Positions 22,926 through 34,318 of a stretch of 64,000 nt of DNA are shown here, one piece after another (positions within the stretch are counted from its first letter, which is position 1; every line of letters starts with the position of its first letter). A model generated the notes under the pieces. It searched no databases. It was not told the DNA's origin and worked only from the letters and a program-made list of their open reading frames with translations. The stretch covers positions 93,064,001 through 93,128,000 of the forward strand of contig NW_024704742.1 of the NCBI RefSeq assembly GCF_018977255.1. Reading direction: 5' to 3'. This stretch comes from Callorhinchus milii (taxonomy: Eukaryota). Position numbers and translations under genes: made by a program.

Positions 22926-24825
22926 GGAGGGGAGTTAGGCTAATATTAAGCGCTCTTAGACGCTACCCTACATGAGGAGCACTGTATGAATGCAAGATGT
23001 TGTTGTTGACTGATACCCCATTGCTGTATTGGGAAGTGCTGCTTTGATGAAGGTAATACACTTTGGATGAGATATTATAAATACTATGTCCCATCTATTT
23101 GTTCAGACAAACATAAAGAACCTGACACTATTTGAAAAGAGAAGGGAGTTTCTTTGTCCTGACCAACAATGCTCCTGAAAATTGCAGGAGTCAATTTACG
23201 CACAATGTTCCAAAAACATCCATTTAGTGAATTTTATCAGTGGATTGTTGGCCAGGACACCTGGAGAAATTCTCTTATCTTTTGGAATAGTATACCATCT
23301 ATAATGGGTTCTATAATGTCCACCTGAACAGGCAGGTGGCATCTCATCCAAAAAAGCAGTATAACAATGCATCACCCCCAGCACTGTGTTGGGAGTATCA
23401 CCCTAGAATATTTAAGTTCAAAGCCTGATGTGGGGCTTGAGCCAACAACCATCTGACTCAGAGGTAAGGATGCTTACCATTGAACCAGGCTGACACCAAA
23501 ATGTTCCTGCAGACTGACCGCTGCCATGTTGTATGCGGTCTAAGTGCTTACAAACTGCACTGCAAAGGTTAGGAGAGAGTTAACGTGAAAGACACTTCCT
23601 TGATCTAAAAGTTACCTCTTTTAACGCAATTAACCTCAACGACGTGATAAAGCACCATATCAAATGCAAGGATTATCAACAACAAGCAAAGGCATATTAG
23701 GAACTAGGTTCAGCCAGACAGGATGGCTGATTAACTTGAGCTCATCAGAAACAAAAAACAAGGAAAGGTGCAGATCAAGTGAAAATAATGAAATGGAGAG
23801 CAGACGGGTAGGATTGAAAGAGCTGTGGGAATTATTATTGTTCAGTTCAAGATTGTCGTTTAGTACAAGATTCCTCTGAAGAGCGCAAGTTGTGGAAATG
23901 GTTCCACACTAAACATTCATTGCTAGAGATTGGAGGGAGTCAAATTTGGCAAGAATAGCAACAGTTTGTGTTTACATAGTGTATTTCACATAAAAAGTCT
24001 CAAAGGGTCACCATTCATTCATTTTCACACAAAAGGGGCCATTTGGCCGATAGTGACCAGAGGATAGATTTTTGTTGAAAGGCTTCATAACAGCTTATCC
24101 AACTCTTATTGAGAATACATTCAGAACTCATCTGGTTCAAGGTGTTGTAAGATAGTGAGAAGGCTTTGCTCCCTTAGCTTCACCAGCGCACGGTCTGCCA
24201 GCAGACTATGAAAAGACCTGAACAAAGCTGTGCTTGAAAGGACTGGTGCTTCATGGATGCTTTGTGAACACTGTGCTCAATGAGCTATGAATTAAGATCA
24301 CCCATGTGTGTAATGACCATTGACTGAGCACAGCTACTAAAGCTGATATGTCAAGTCACATCCTCCAATAATTTATTCTCACAACATGTTAAGTTTAATA
24401 TAACTGGTATTGGTGTTTTACCTTTCAATCCAATATATTAGTGGTCATTCGCCACATAGCTGTCTGTGGGATAGTTTCTTGCTGGCATAGTTTCCTACAA
24501 AAGGAATCTCTACACTTGACAATAGTTACTATGACATGTTTTGAGTCGTTTCAACATTAAGATGCTAGAAGACAGTTTTAGTACTGTCATTTTAAAACTG
24601 TCATAAGTCTAGTTCCATACATAAAACAGTATGTATAGGTCTAGACTTATGAGTTTCAGCCCTTTATTCAAGAGGTATAAAAACATGCAATAACCAATCA
24701 CCTGGTTTTACAATACTTACCCCTTAAGAAATCTAGTCTCAAAAAGCTTAAATAAAGAGAATGTTTGGTTAGGAATAGAGGTCAGATTAGTCCCAAATAA
24801 CTGGTTCAATAATAATAAATATAAT

Positions 24826-25136
24826 ATAATAATCCTTGCATTTGATATAGCGCTTTTCATGTCTCAAAGCGCTAGACATCTAGATATTTCAAAGCGCTTC
24901 ACAGAATATACTGTAAAGTGAATTGACTGTATATTTGTGGGCAAAATCCGGCAGCCAATTGTCCCACAAACAGTCGTGGATTGAGTGAGCAAATTGTTAT
25001 TTATTTATTTATTTATTTATTGAGGGATTATTATCAGGCATGTGGAGTAAGAAAACTTGCCCAAGGCCTGCCGGAAATCGAACCGAGGTCTCTCGCTTGC
25101 GAGGCGAGTGCTCTAACTACTATGCTACAGGACTCC
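24826..25136 (-). mobile_element. Full-length tRNA-Ala(CGC)-like SINE with LINE-derived tail
   Basis: Head GGAGTCCTGTAGCATAGTAGTTAGAGCACTCGCCTCGCAAGCGAGAGACCTCGGTTCGATTTCC (A box, anticodon arm CTCGC-CTCGCAA-GCGAG, B box). Tail GCGCTATATCAAATGCAAGGATTATT. Other copies at about 1935-2013(-), 35895-36100(+), 39910-40097(-), 51358-51660(+), 56615-56966(-). Confidence 0.85.
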
Positions 25137-25595
25137 ATGCATAATAAATGCATTCACCCCACCAATATATGCCCAGAGCAAGAAACTCTCTCATAGGTAC
25201 AATTTGAGCCAACATTGATTCAACCAGAATGCAAAACTGGTTTCTGATCAAATCTTGACGACATCATTTCCAGCCCTGCACCTCAACATCAAAAATGAAA
25301 AAGAAAAAGAAATTGCATATATGCTTGGCGAGAGTCTCTTTTCCTTCTTCCCAATTTGTTTCTCTTACTTTTCTCCCTTCCTGCACATCAGAAACTATAT
25401 CCACAAATTTGTACAGCGGCCTGATTATATCCAAGTTCCAGTATGTAAACACAACAATTACCATTACAGTATTGCACTAAAATAACATTAATTTTATACA
25501 CCACCCACCTACACCCAAATAAGCACAGCTGTAGTTATTCATAAACAACTATTGACAGTTATATACTCTAGTTGTAATTTTTCGGCAGGACTTAC

Positions 25596-25829
25596 TCGAG
25601 TCAGGCATAATGCGTAGATCTCCTTCTCTGTAGTCTTCTAGAAGCTGGTACATGTACAACACAGGATCCTTTTCGTAGGTGATATAAAACCACGTGTTCA
25701 TAATTGGAGCACGTGCAAGGACCATTCCCCGCCACTCATCCTTAGCCCCGTCATCCTTTTCAAACATGTGCTCCACTGCTTTTCCAATCATCATTTCCGC
25801 GAGATCTGCATCATTGATTCGAGAGAAGG
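25596..25829 (-). CDS. SPIN1: Spindlin-1 exon encoding Tudor-like domain 2 (H3K4me3 reader)
   Basis: (A)[77 protein letters not shown]. Acceptor TTCCCTCCCAG|, donor A|GTAAG; 234 nt. Confidence 0.97.
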
Positions 25830-26322
25830 CTGGGAGGGAAAAAGTGGCATTTTATTTCATCAGTAGTTGCAGGACTACTTTAAGCACTCTGAGTCTCTAC
25901 CCTGTGTGAAGGGCACTACATTAATTAAAGTTGTTGTTGTTGAGTGTAAAAAAGAAAGAAAATGCATCTGGATCCACTTACACATCATCGTACATCTGTG
26001 TATAGCACTTGGTGCACAATGGATGTGCACTATACTGAAAGAATGGGACATTGCAGGGCGCCGCTATGTGCAGAGCGCTGACGGTAACCATTGTAAAAGC
26101 TGGCAAGATGCTTGACGGCTTCCTGCGCAGCAAGGCTCAGCGATGTCATCGCCAACCCAAACGGGTGTACCCGCGGCTACACTAACATGACCCATTATAA
26201 ACCCAGTGTGCTCTTATGGACCAAAAGAACCATGTTATAACAAACATCCAACTGCATTAGTGCACTGAAAACTAGTTATTTGTGTCTTTTAATCGTAATG
26301 CAACTTAATTGTAATGACTTAC

Positions 26323-26573
26323 CAACTCTATCTGGAAGAACTCGAAATCCTAAAACTCTGTCATCTTTGTGAAGTTCCAGCCCATATACACAGTCAAACC
26401 CATCATATTTGATGAGGTAGAGGGCAGGATTTACTGGAACTTGATCCAAAACGGTGCCTTTCCATTGCGTTACTCCATTTTGCTCTTTCCAGCCATGCTC
26501 AATCCTGCAGCCCACAATATTGCGCCGTGAATGAGACACAGGTTTGCTTGGTCCCACATTGTTACGGTGTTTT
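26323..26573 (-). CDS. SPIN1: Spindlin-1 exon encoding Tudor-like (Spin/Ssty) domain 1
   Basis: [73 protein letters not shown]...PDRV. Acceptor ACATTAG|, donor G|GTAAGT; 251 nt. Confidence 0.97.
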
Positions 26574-26959
26574 CTAATGTACAGAAAAGGAAAAAAAAAG
26601 AAAAAAGGACACCATTTTATAAAAATTACACACGACAATCAAACCAAAATAACACCTCAGATGCATTCAAGATTTCAATGCAAACTGGTTGGCAAACTGG
26701 TTGCCACTGTGCCAATAGCAGCACAAATGCAATGGTAAAAGAACATTTGGAGTAATGAAAAACGCTCCAAAACAGCTCATTGCAGCAAAAGTAATCTATA
26801 GCCCTATTATGAGATCACCCAAGTAAATAAATAACATGCACTAAACAAAGTACACTGATGAGCAGCTCTGATTTATACCTTACACTGAAATGTCCAGGAA
26901 GCACGTAGATAAATCATTACAGACATTTGGAGAGGATTGCAATTTTTTTTATAAATAAA

Positions 26960-27367
26960 GCATTAAATAAAAGAAGCTGTATAAATCATTGGTGAGGCCA
27001 TAGAACTGTGTACAGTTCTGGTCGCTGCAGTACAAAAAGGATATTGGAAAAATCAAAAAGATACAGAGGAGGGCAACCAAAATGATTGAGGGAATGGAGG
27101 GACTGGACTATGAGGAGCGACTAAGTAAATTTGGCATGTTCACACTGGAAAAGAGAAGATTGAGAGGAACAGACTCCCTAGGGAGACAGATGAAGCAGGA
27201 AGTGTTGATTCTTTCAAACACAGATTAGACAGTTCTCTTTTAGGAAATAACGTTATGGGATATAACACATAGGTATTTGGGACATATGTGCTTGCGACCG
27301 CCAGGAAGGTGGAAGGCAAACTATATGGACCTTGGGCCTTTTTGTCTAGCATTTCTTATGTTCTTAT
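26960..27367 (+). mobile_element. CR1 LINE 3' fragment
   Basis: Encodes LYKSLVRP..CVQFWS..YKKDI..IQRRATKMIEGMEGLDYEERL..FTLEKRRLRG; ends TTCTTATGTTCTTA. Confidence 0.85.
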
Positions 27368-27614
27368 TCCTTTAACCCGCAGTTCGGGTGAAAATCCTGC
27401 ATTGTCCAGTGATTTGGGAAGTCCTCCCAACATAAAAAGCACTATATGAATGCAAAACAAAACCAGAAGTCGCTGGGAACACTCAGCAGGTCAGTTATAT
27501 AAATGCAATTTGTTGTTGTTTAACAAGGTCTTGAGGAAAAAGTTGACTTCCCACATAACTAGGTTTGCAGCAAAATGCTGGGGTTAAGTAATTACGAAGT
27601 ATTTAGCAGGCTCA

Positions 27615-27965
27615 GATGATGGTCCTGTTGGTAAAATCACTGTCCAGTGAATAACTGAGTCATAGAGACTAGAAAATTCCCTAATTTGAACCTATTCTGT
27701 GTTGAGTCAGCTGGACAGTAGTAGAGAGATTACAATTTTCAACAGCACCGCTGGAATAGGGAAGGATAGAAGCAGAAATCATAGCTGATTTTCTTTTGTT
27801 AGTTTGCCATTCGATGACGCCTGCACGTCCGAGGAAGCACAGAATTGGGCTCAGCTGCTGTTCCCTTCATGGTTGTACATCCTGCCAGTACTCAGGTTCA
27901 CACATGAAGAATGGCCGTTCAGGCGAGGAACTGGAGGGCAGCTGGCACCAATGCAAACATACCTA
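27615..27965 (+). mobile_element. Ancient tRNA-derived SINE, AmnSINE2-like
   Basis: Motifs TTGGTAAAATCACTG..ACTGAGTCATAGAGAC..CTGTGTTGAGTCAGCTG..CACATGAAGAATGGCC..GGCGAGGAACTGGAGGGC. Related copy at about 16430-16790(+). Family name from memory. Confidence 0.55.
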
Positions 27966-28037
27966 GTATGAGAGGAGGGGGAGCAGGAAAAATAGGGAAT
28001 CAAACTTCTCAAATCGCAGAAGAGGTTTGCCAAATAG

Positions 28038-28420
28038 TGGCAACAAAAATAAAATTACATTTGCATAGTGTCTTTCATGTCAGGAGGACGTCCCAAGGCG
28101 CTGGATAGACAGAGTTTCGGACCCGAGTTGGGGGCCAGGGAGAGTGGAGGGCAGGGGGGAAGCAGGGAGATCAAAAGCACGGTTGAAGAGGAGGGTTTTG
28201 AGATGTGTCTTGAAGGAGGCAAGGGAGGGGGCGAGCCGGAGGGACTGCGGGATGGAATTCCAGAGGGTGGGCGCAGAGTGGAAGAAGACCCGCCCACCAA
28301 AGTGGGGCATGTGAGCCGGGGGATGTGAAACAGGCCGGAGCATGCTGAGTGGAGGGAGCGAGCAGGATGCTAGGGGGTTAGGGGGTCACAGAGGTAGGGG
28401 CGAGCAAGACCATGGAGGGC
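28038..28420 (-). mobile_element. L2-type LINE 3' fragment
   Basis: GGRVFFHSAPTLWNSIPQSLRLAPSLASFKTHLKTLLF. Confidence 0.85.
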
Positions 28421-29008
28421 AAATTGATGATTCTAGCTAAAACAAAATATAAATGATAGGTGGCAGTGTAGCTCGCTGTCCTCTCAAAAAGCACAAAGAT
28501 AGCGAATGTTTAAAATCCCTGCACTAATGATTTAGTTTAGCATCAAATCACATAAGTAACCCAGAGAACTGTATTGTAGGTGAACTCCTTTTGATTTAAA
28601 ATGTAATTGGGTAGGAAATGCTTATGTACTGGTCTCATTTCAATTCCCTCGGGGGAAGTTGAAAACGGAATTACATGGAGACAAATGAGTTTTGTAGAAC
28701 TGTCAATTTCTAACTCCCTGCAAACCTAGTTTTTTTCAATAATATCAGGCATGCAAGGCATACAAAATAAAGCCCCGATAGCTAACATAGGCAGATGAAT
28801 TCTGGTAAGGGCATGAGACAAACACTGATCTGTTTAGTTAATGCTGTGGTTGGATATTAAGCAGGTTGACGGATGTGTCTGCTTGCTCAATTTCTGCACA
28901 CGTTGTACAAGGTCATGCAGTATCACACTCGTCCTTCACTGCAGCACTGCTGCCGATTCAGCTCATTATGTTTGAGAATAAATTGGTTGCAAGCGCCGCC
29001 GCCTGTAC

Positions 29009-29057
29009 CTGTGACTGCCTTTCTTCTTCATCATATTACCAGATGCACCAGGAAGAC
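29009..29057 (-). CDS. SPIN1: Spindlin-1, 49-nt coding exon
   Basis: Acceptor TTTCTGTGCTAG|, donor AG|GTACAG. Encodes (G)LPGASGNMMKKKGSH(R), versus human GHAGVSANMMKKRTSHK. Phases fit both neighbouring exons. Confidence 0.92.
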
Positions 29058-30094
29058 CTAGCACAGAAAGAAAATATCAATCACTGTAGGTTACAAAGAG
29101 AAGACATTCATTGTTGAAACACATTGCCGTTGCCATGTCTGCACTGCAGAACACACCCTATCAGATGCCAAAGCAGAACCAACATCGGTCTGACTTTTGA
29201 CAGCTGGTGAGAGCTTGATAGAATCAGCTTCCGTATCAAATCACCTTCCTTCTGGCTAGGTTTCCTGCCAGTGTCGAATTAAGGGCAGTGCAATTTAAAT
29301 GGATAATTTACCAACACACCATATTCCATTCCTTATGATACAGAAACAGATTAAGAAATTTAAGACACCAGTATTATGAATGGGGAGGCTTGACTCTACT
29401 ATGAGCTTAGTTCCCAAATCTGGATTATATGATTAGAGCTCAATGTAAATGTTCAACATACCTCATATCACTACAGGATTTGGCATATACACAATAAAAT
29501 CCAATAAGCAGACATATGCTATTTTTCATCAAGGATGCTTTATTCATTTCAATTGTATCATCCTTCTGAACAAATTGGGTACTGTACAGCAGATACTTTT
29601 TTTTAAAAAAGACCAGCAAGTTGCTAGAATTGCCAACTGCTTGAACCTTATATAGTATTTTCACCTAATAGAATAAAGTGCAATAATGATGGTGATCAAA
29701 CAGAGAGGAAAAGAGGGAAATTGGAGGATGTTGACCAACAACGCAGCCAAAGAGATAAAGCTCAAAGTGTTTTGAAGGTAGGGAGAGAAGCCACAAGGGG
29801 AAGGAATTTGGAGAAAAAGCTCTAGAGAATGGAGGTGTAGTAGCTGAAACCTAGGCGACTGATGGTGGAACAGAGCTAGTTAGTAATGAGCCGCAGAGAA
29901 TAGTCGGGAAAGCAGACGATGCAGAGGCACTGAGTGGCAAGAGCATGAAGGGATTTGAAGGTCATGGAAAAGGTCAGACAGGGAAAGAAGCCCAGCTGTT
30001 GTACCAACCCAACAAAACCTAATCAGTCTCACAGTCATTGATAAGTGTTAAGTAGAAAGCAGTGACAAAGAGAAAAACAAGGCATCAAAGATAC

Positions 30095-30462
30095 AACAAC
30101 AAAATTACATTTGTAAGGTGCCTTTCACGTCAGGAGGTTGTCCCAACTTAGACAGTCAGTGTTTCGGACCCGAGCTGGGGGTTGGGGACGGGGAGGTTGG
30201 AGGGCGAGGGGAAGGAGGGGATCGAAAGCACGGTCGAAGAGGAGGGTCTTGGGATGGGTCTTGAAGGTGGCGAGGGAGGGGGTGAGGCGGAGGGCCTGCG
30301 GGATGGAGTTCCAGAGGGTGGGGGCAGAGCAGCAGAAGGCCCACTCTCCAATGGTGGAACGAGCGAGGCGGGGGACGTGAAGCAGGCCTGAGCCCGCTGA
30401 GCAGAGGTAGAGGGCAGGATGTAGGGGGTTAGGAGGTCGCAGAGGTAGGGGGGGAAGCAAGA
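30095..30462 (-). mobile_element. L2-type LINE 3' fragment
   Basis: AFCCSAPTLWNSIPQALR...FKTHPKTLLFDRAF plus tail. Confidence 0.85.
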
Positions 30463-31299
30463 AACTTAGAAGATTTTTATCAGGACACTGTGTAGCTTTA
30501 TCAGCTAACTCAAAGGCAGTGTTATTGGAAGCCTGGAACCATTGTCCACCCGTTCTCTTGGGTACAGATCTGTGATCCAACAAGATGAAAAAAATGCAGA
30601 TAAAAAAAGGGGGAAGAAAATTAAAAGGTAACACATCAATAAAAGCACAGTAAGCATGCCCTCTGATAGTACTGATGCAGAGCAATTCATCAAAGCAGAT
30701 GTGTGTGACAGCCCTGGAAGATGCACATGTGAGGGAATTGCCCTGTTAAGAATCATACATTTCATTGCTGGCTGAGCTTTGGTCTGCACAGGCACTTCAT
30801 CAATTCACATCAGAAAGACAGGTTTCTGAACAAACCTGGTGTGAAAAAAAATTTGGTTCAGTGTAACCAAATAATGGGCAGATCAAGAACACAGACAGTC
30901 CATACATGTCGAACATTCACAGCCCTAACTGAATGCCAAAGAATTATGAATTCCTGATTAAGTGGCTTAGGGAAGTCCTATGAATGTATAATAGATGATA
31001 TTAATTTAGTGATGCTGAAAGTGGCTCTAAACCATCTCGCATCACATTCAGTTCAAATTTAATCTTCAATTAACCGATTCATTCAAGTGCATTATCAGAA
31101 CCTGCCAGTGTATCTCAGTTCCAGTCCGTGCTCCTTTTAAGATAGGTTCATGTACGACAGACAGAAACCAGCTCTCTCATCTGATAAAAGCAATTTTCTA
31201 AAGCTAACCAAGCAGCCAGTTCTGACCTCTATATGATGTACTAGCTGTACCCACTGCAGCTTCGCTTGAAACCAAAGGATCCAATATGGAATGTACATT

Positions 31300-31602
31300 T
31301 CAGTGATGATGGACACCATCTGATTTGTAGTCTCTGCCTGGATCATAGTTGAGCGCAGCTAAATGGAGTGGCCTCTGCTGCTGGATGTCATTTTGCCGTG
31401 TTCTTGCATGCCTTTTTCTGTCCAAGTCCAACCAATCTGTTGTTTGAGGGGGCAACTCATTTTTCCGTGTTCTTGCAGTCCTTTCTGTGTCAAAGTCCTA
31501 CCATGGTGTTCTTTGTTCTTCAGTTTCATTTAATCGGCCTTCTCTCTTTCATCTGACATTTTTATTTGTCCTTGAAAGGCTTGATCTTCGCTTCTTAGGC
31601 AT
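31300..31602 (-). mobile_element. Decayed Helitron-like Rep/Helicase N-terminal coding fragment with 23-aa STPR-like repeats
   Basis: A single frame reads MPKKRRSSLSRTNKNVR*KREGRLNETEEQRTPW*DFDTERTARTRKNELPPQTTDWLDLDRKRHARTRQNDIQQQRPLHLAALNYDPGRDY. This resembles Helitron N-termini (MP-K/R-rich start, NETxEQR repeats, AAxxYDPxxDY). Confidence 0.65.
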
Positions 31603-31634
31603 CTTTATCCCTTAGGCTTAAGAAAATGTACTAT

Positions 31635-31753
31635 TGGGAGGACTCCTGTTGGGAGTACACAGTGGGAGGACTCCTGTTGGGAGGACACAGTGGGAGGACT
31701 CCTGTTGGGAGGACACAGTGGGAGGACCCCTGGTTGGGAGGACCCCTGGTTGG
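31635..31753. repeat. Short 28-bp tandem repeat TGGGAGGACTCCTGTTGGGAGGACACAG, 3 copies plus degenerate sub-repeats
   Basis: Read directly. Confidence 0.9.
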
Positions 31754-33294
31754 AGTCCATACATGTGTGGTGAGCTTGTTTAGGTCATAGTTCATCAATG
31801 ATAGGAAATCCCCCTAAAAAATATGCCCATGACAGACCTTTCTGATTAGGTATAAATCATGTCTCTACGTCAATCGGTTATTGTATTAGTGGCGGACAGA
31901 CGGACTGCTGTGATCATCCACAAAATGCACCCAGTCACTACAGTTCCTATGAAGTGCTTTAAGTTGTTCTTAAATGAGTTGTTCTCCCAACATGAATGGT
32001 GCTATATCAAATGTAAGGATTGTTACAAACTTTTCTCTCTGTACCCAATTCCTGAAATTAGGCATCACTAACGGTGTTTCTACAGTTTACAAATTAAGGA
32101 TAGCCTGTTCTTTCATTGCCACTAGTAGTTCTGGCTGAACATCTGAGTGACTGAAGAAGTGACTGCAGACGTAATTTAATTCCAACCTCGAGAATCAACC
32201 AAAGAGGAGAACTCTGTAAAACTAACTGATCCACCTTACATTGAACTCTGAACTTACCTACATTGAATGGTCCACTTGTCTTTACCACCGCAGAATTTAG
32301 AACATGTAGATGCTTAAAGACCTTGAATAAGGCTTCTATAATCTTGCGCAAAACTTTGTGTCCGAATATGCATCACATTAGCATGGAAAAGCAGGAAATC
32401 AACAGTAGTCTAAAAACTCCAATATTTGTGCCACGCTGTTCTTTACTAAGTTCAAAAGTTACACAGACCAGAGGAATATCTCAACCTAGATGTTTCCTGT
32501 GGTAATGTTTTAAAAAATCTTAAAAAACTAGACTTTCCAATCTAAACACTGCACAAATAAAATCTGAAATGTCCAACAACCAGAAAATATGCAGCTGAAA
32601 TAACATTTTGAACACCTTTAGAGTATGTTTAGTCTACCAGTGAAAGTTACAGTTTAACGTTGTGAAATTCGCCATTTGATTTACAATGATAAACTGGTCA
32701 GGGATGGGTATACGAAAATATACATACGTTTCCCTCATTTCAAGTCTTGTCTGCTCCTTCTAACAAGCTAGCCCAAATTACAATACCATCTTGCTCAGTG
32801 GAGGAGGCCAGTTGTCTGGGCGGCAGATGTCTCCAGCACCAACACCTTTTCACTTCAAGTAAAACAAAGAACGGTTGTCTCCCACTTGCGGCATTCCACC
32901 ACCGAGAGACACGGACTCCAGCACAGAAAAGGGAAGGTGAACGGACAGTTCAGATTTATTTACTTTGCACATAGAATGGTAAATATGTGGAATGGATGGC
33001 ACAGGGATGTCAGCAAATTCAAGAGGATTTGGTTATATATTCAGCATATAATTCAACTGAGGAGTTATGAAAGAGTAGCCTAGAATTTTTATTAGTTCTC
33101 AGATGGTCTCATCCGGCCTCGTGAATTCCCAAGTTTCTATACAAAGAACTATACTAATGGTCATTGCTAAAATAAATAGCAGAGAAAGTCAGGCGAAGTA
33201 GGTTCTCACAAATATTTTGCACTCCCCTTTACTGGATAAATTTACTTTCTCCAAGTAATGCTTCCCTCCTTTTTAAACCAACCGTAAAAGTTCA

Positions 33295-33584
33295 ACTCTT
33301 CACCTTGGTATCTTATATCTATTCCCCTGCTTTCTTGCAATCTCCCCTTTGTTTTGCATCATTAACACCTCTTTAACCCATGATCCCCTGTCCTCTACCC
33401 CATTTTCTCATTTGTCTTCCTTGCCCTATCCCCCCTCCCCCTCTCTGCTAGTCCTTAAAAGCCTCTCCTTCCCAACATGCCTCAGTTCTGATGAAGGGTC
33501 GTGGATCCGAAATGTTGACTCACTTTTTTTTCTCCATAAGATGCTGCCTGACCTGCTGAGTGTTCCCAGCGACTTCTGTTTTTG

Positions 33585-33590
<6 letters not shown>
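33295..33590 (+). mobile_element. Penelope-like element 3' fragment with hammerhead-like motif, followed by (TA)n
   Basis: Pyrimidine-rich tract, then CAGTTCTGATGAAGGGTC...GATCCGAAATGTTGAC...GATGCTGCCTGACCTGCTGAG...CTTCTGTTTT. Confidence 0.65.
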
Positions 33591-33622
<32 letters not shown>

Positions 33623-33662
33623 TATATATATATCAATATATACATACACATATATACATATC
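33591..33662. repeat. (TA)n/(CA)n microsatellite
   Basis: Read directly. A similar degenerate tract lies at about 49610-49712 and (GA)n at about 7308-7326. Confidence 0.9.
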
Positions 33663-34263
33663 ATCTCCACCCATCAGTGTTTTAAAAATGCAAAATTTCC
33701 ATCAATGGAGAAAAAGTTGATGGGTAGAATATGGTGTGCAATTTTGGGCATCCTATCTTCCAAACAACTATTATGACATTTTCCTTTGCTATGGTTTCAG
33801 AGAGAGATGATTCTAAGACTTATGGCTCAAGTCATGCAGAGAGTTGCAAAGAGCGACTAGCTAAAATGAGGGCAACATAATTCTGGTCGTCAAATTGCTA
33901 TTTGAAGAGAAGCGGAGGATACAAAAAAAATTCAGATAACAAATGGTGGCAGTCAATCAGGAAAGCAACTAAAGCATTTTCTCAACACTAAAAACATAAA
34001 GCACTGAGAAAGCAATGTAAATGTAAATACAGTTATTGAGATTTTAGATTTTTAATCCAGCTATTTTACAGAGAAAATACAGAGAAGTTTTGTCACACAC
34101 AATAATTAATTGAGATCACAACCAGCAGTCTTTAAACATGTTCTGCAGCCCTGACCGATGTTACTAATTAGCATTGGTCTTTACTACTGGTGCTGATCAG
34201 CAATAGATCAACACCACTCGACTGAAGGCTTGCACTATCCTTCGGTTTCAACACTGTCCTTAC

Positions 34264-34318
34264 CTGCTGCATCAATCGATAACCTCTGACTGGATCTCTT
34301 CCCAAATGGGGTCTTCAT
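34264..34318 (-). CDS. SPIN1: Spindlin-1, first coding exon (coding part; the exon probably starts at an acceptor at 34494)
   Basis: Not in the ORF track. Reads MKTPFGKRSSQRLSIDAA-G (human MKTPFGKTPGQRSRADA-G), then donor G|GTAAGG. Upstream acceptor TTTTTTTTTCCAG| at 34495/34494. Confidence 0.92.

Noticed and set aside
25060..25136. tRNA-Ala gene
   Set aside because: No proper acceptor stem or terminator; it continues into a SINE body and occurs as multiple diverged copies.
25255..26755. Short ORFs overlapping or flanking SPIN1 exons, including ORF-track extensions beyond the splice sites
   Set aside because: Antisense shadows or intronic read-through; canonical splice sites define the real exons.
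32094..32351. 85-aa ORF in a SPIN1 intron
   Set aside because: No recognisable motif and not needed for the SPIN1 reading frame.
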